Part shown: in pieces, positions 62,437 through 64,000 of the stretch
How the letters are laid out: each line of letters begins with the position of its first letter
Position numbering within the stretch: the first letter of the stretch is position 1
Assembly: GCA_965140585.1 (NCBI GenBank)
Contig: OZ223269.1
Location: 1-64,000 of the forward strand
DNA: 64,000 nt
Source: Spirochaetia bacterium
GTDB taxonomy: Bacteria > Spirochaetota > Spirochaetia > UBA9216
Direction of reading: 5' to 3'
The notes under the pieces: model-generated
Database searches by the model: none
The model's input: only the letters and a program-made list of their open reading frames with translations
What the model was told of the DNA's origin: nothing
Made by a program: the position numbers and the translations under genes

Positions 62437-63155
62437 TGGCTGATCTCGAAATCAAAAGTTTAACCAAGCGCTTCGGTGGTCTGCAGGCTGTTAACGGTGT
62501 TGATCTGACAATTTCGCGCGGTGAAATAGTAGGTATAATCGGACCAAACGGGGCAGGTAAGACAACGCTTATCAACCTGATCTCGGGAGTTATCAATCCC
62601 ACTTCAGGTACCATTCACTTCAACGGTGTGGATATCTCCTATATGGCACCGCATCTGAGGGCACGAATGGGTATTGCCCGTACTTATCAGCTTATTCACC
62701 CGCTTGAAAATCTCAGTTTAAAAGAGAATATAATGGTAGGTTTTGTGTTTGCTCAGGGGATGTCGCAGCGTAAAGCCGCCTCAGAGACTGAAAAACTCTG
62801 TGAATATCTCGGTCTTGAAAATATTACAAGGCCTGTTAGTAAGCTTAATATTCTTGAAATAAAGATGATGGAAATTGCTCACGCTCTTTCAACCGGACCG
62901 ACAATTCTGTTTCTAGATGAAATTATGGCAGGACTTAATGCCGATGAAACCCATAATGTCATCGATCTTGTAAAGAAAATAGCAGTAGAACAGAATCTCG
63001 GGATTGGGGTTGTGGAGCATGTTATGGGTGTTATCAAGGAAACTACAACCAGGGTTGTTGTCCTGGATGCCGGAGAACTGATAGCAGAAGGTCCTTACGA
63101 AAAGGTTGTTCAGAATCCTGAAGTAATCAAAGCTTATCTCGGAGGTGCACTCTGA
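62436..63155 (+). CDS. Liv-type ABC ATPase (LivG-like)
   Basis: KRFGGLQAV, GPNGAGKTT, LDE, VEH, AYLG. Confidence 0.92.
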   Translation: MADLEIKSLTKRFGGLQAVNGVDLTISRGEIVGIIGPNGAGKTTLINLISGVINPTSGTIHFNGVDISYMAPHLRARMGIARTYQLIHPLENLSLKENIMVGFVFAQGMSQRKAASETEKLCEYLGLENITRPVSKLNILEIKMMEIAHALSTGPTILFLDEIMAGLNADETHNVIDLVKKIAVEQNLGIGVVEHVMGVIKETTTRVVVLDAGELIAEGPYEKVVQNPEVIKAYLGGAL

Positions 63156-63856
63156 TGCTTGAAATTAAGAATCTTAACTGTTACTACGGAAAGCTGCATG
63201 TAATCAGGGATCTCAGCATGACAATCGGTGAAGAGTCAGTAGGACTCTTCGGGCCCAACGGTGCAGGAAAAACAACCCTGATTAACGCTGTAATGGGTAT
63301 GGTAAAGCCTGCTTCCGGTGAAATAATATTTGATGGAAATCCTGTGACCGGCATGGAAACTCATCTGGTCGCTCGTTCGGGCATAGCTCTGGTTCCCCAG
63401 GAAAGAGAGCTTTTTCCCTTTCTTTCGGTTTATGAAAACCTGCTTTTAGGGTCTTCATTTATTCCTCATGCTAAGGACAGGCAGGAAGAAATGCTTGAGA
63501 AGGTTTATGCAATCTTTCCGATCCTTAAGGAGCGAAAGGCTCAGCATGCAGGGACTATGAGCGGCGGTCAGCAGCGTCAGCTTGCAATCGGACGATCCCT
63601 AATGTCTATCCCCAAGCTCTTAATCCTGGATGAACCGTCTCTCGGTCTTCAGCCTTCGATCGTGTCAGAACTGTTTACAATTCTGAAGGATATGAAGAAG
63701 GATATTTCTGTACTGGTGACAGAGCAGAATGTAAAAGAAAGCCTCCGGGCAGTTGACAGAGGGTATATACTGGAGAATGGCAGCATAATTATGGAAAATT
63801 CTTCAGAAAAACTTGCCAATGATCCGCATGTTCTGCAGGCTTATCTTGGAATTTAA
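63155..63856 (+). CDS. Liv-type ABC ATPase (LivF-like)
   Basis: GPNGAGKTT, MSGGQQ, LDEPSLGL, EQN, AYLG. Confidence 0.92.
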   Translation: MLEIKNLNCYYGKLHVIRDLSMTIGEESVGLFGPNGAGKTTLINAVMGMVKPASGEIIFDGNPVTGMETHLVARSGIALVPQERELFPFLSVYENLLLGSSFIPHAKDRQEEMLEKVYAIFPILKERKAQHAGTMSGGQQRQLAIGRSLMSIPKLLILDEPSLGLQPSIVSELFTILKDMKKDISVLVTEQNVKESLRAVDRGYILENGSIIMENSSEKLANDPHVLQAYLGI

Positions 63857-63871
63857 ATAAAGGATGTAAAG

Positions 63872-64000
63872 ATGGATATACCGGGTAAATACATAAGTAT
63901 CAAGAATCACAGACTGTACTATCAGGAACAAGGTGAGGGCAGCCCGGTACTTTTCATCCATGGTAATACAGGTTCACATGTCTGGTTCCGGGATGTTATG
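63872..64000 (+). CDS. Alpha/beta hydrolase, 3'-truncated by the window edge
   Basis: MDIPGKYISIKNHRLYYQEQGEGSPVLFIHGNTGSHVWF. Confidence 0.75.
   Translation, partial: MDIPGKYISIKNHRLYYQEQGEGSPVLFIHGNTGSHVWFRDVM

Overview
64 kb of AT-rich bacterial chromosome, probably from an anaerobic Spirochaetaceae-like organism (inferred from the many lipoproteins, the lipoprotein+LysM pair and the Cache-MCP type). No rRNA, tRNA, CRISPR or transposase was seen. In order: a sigma54 activator with its promoter driving a nonsense-interrupted tungsten-type aldehyde:ferredoxin oxidoreductase plus MoaD; a structured leader followed by a pyrrolysine-free MtmB-family methyltransferase and a complete ECF transporter; an F1Fo ATP synthase operon (atpBEFHAGDC); signalling genes (GGDEF, GGDEF/EAL, 7TM-LuxR, MCP, degenerate kinase); envelope lipoproteins with a large transglutaminase-like protein; an attenuator-like leader, a 54-aa Cys-rich protein and a frameshifted acetolactate-synthase-like gene; and a cluster of SCP2-type thiolase, two atypical FabH-fold enzymes, SDR, hydrolases and a Liv-type ABC transporter whose four promoters share a 14-bp motif. 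The most striking feature is an ATP synthase alpha subunit with a ~215-aa C-terminal extension ending in a PTS EIIA domain that retains the phospho-His, in an operon whose epsilon subunit lacks its inhibitory C-terminal domain. Several pseudogenes are present. All family calls come from reading motifs by eye; no searches were run.
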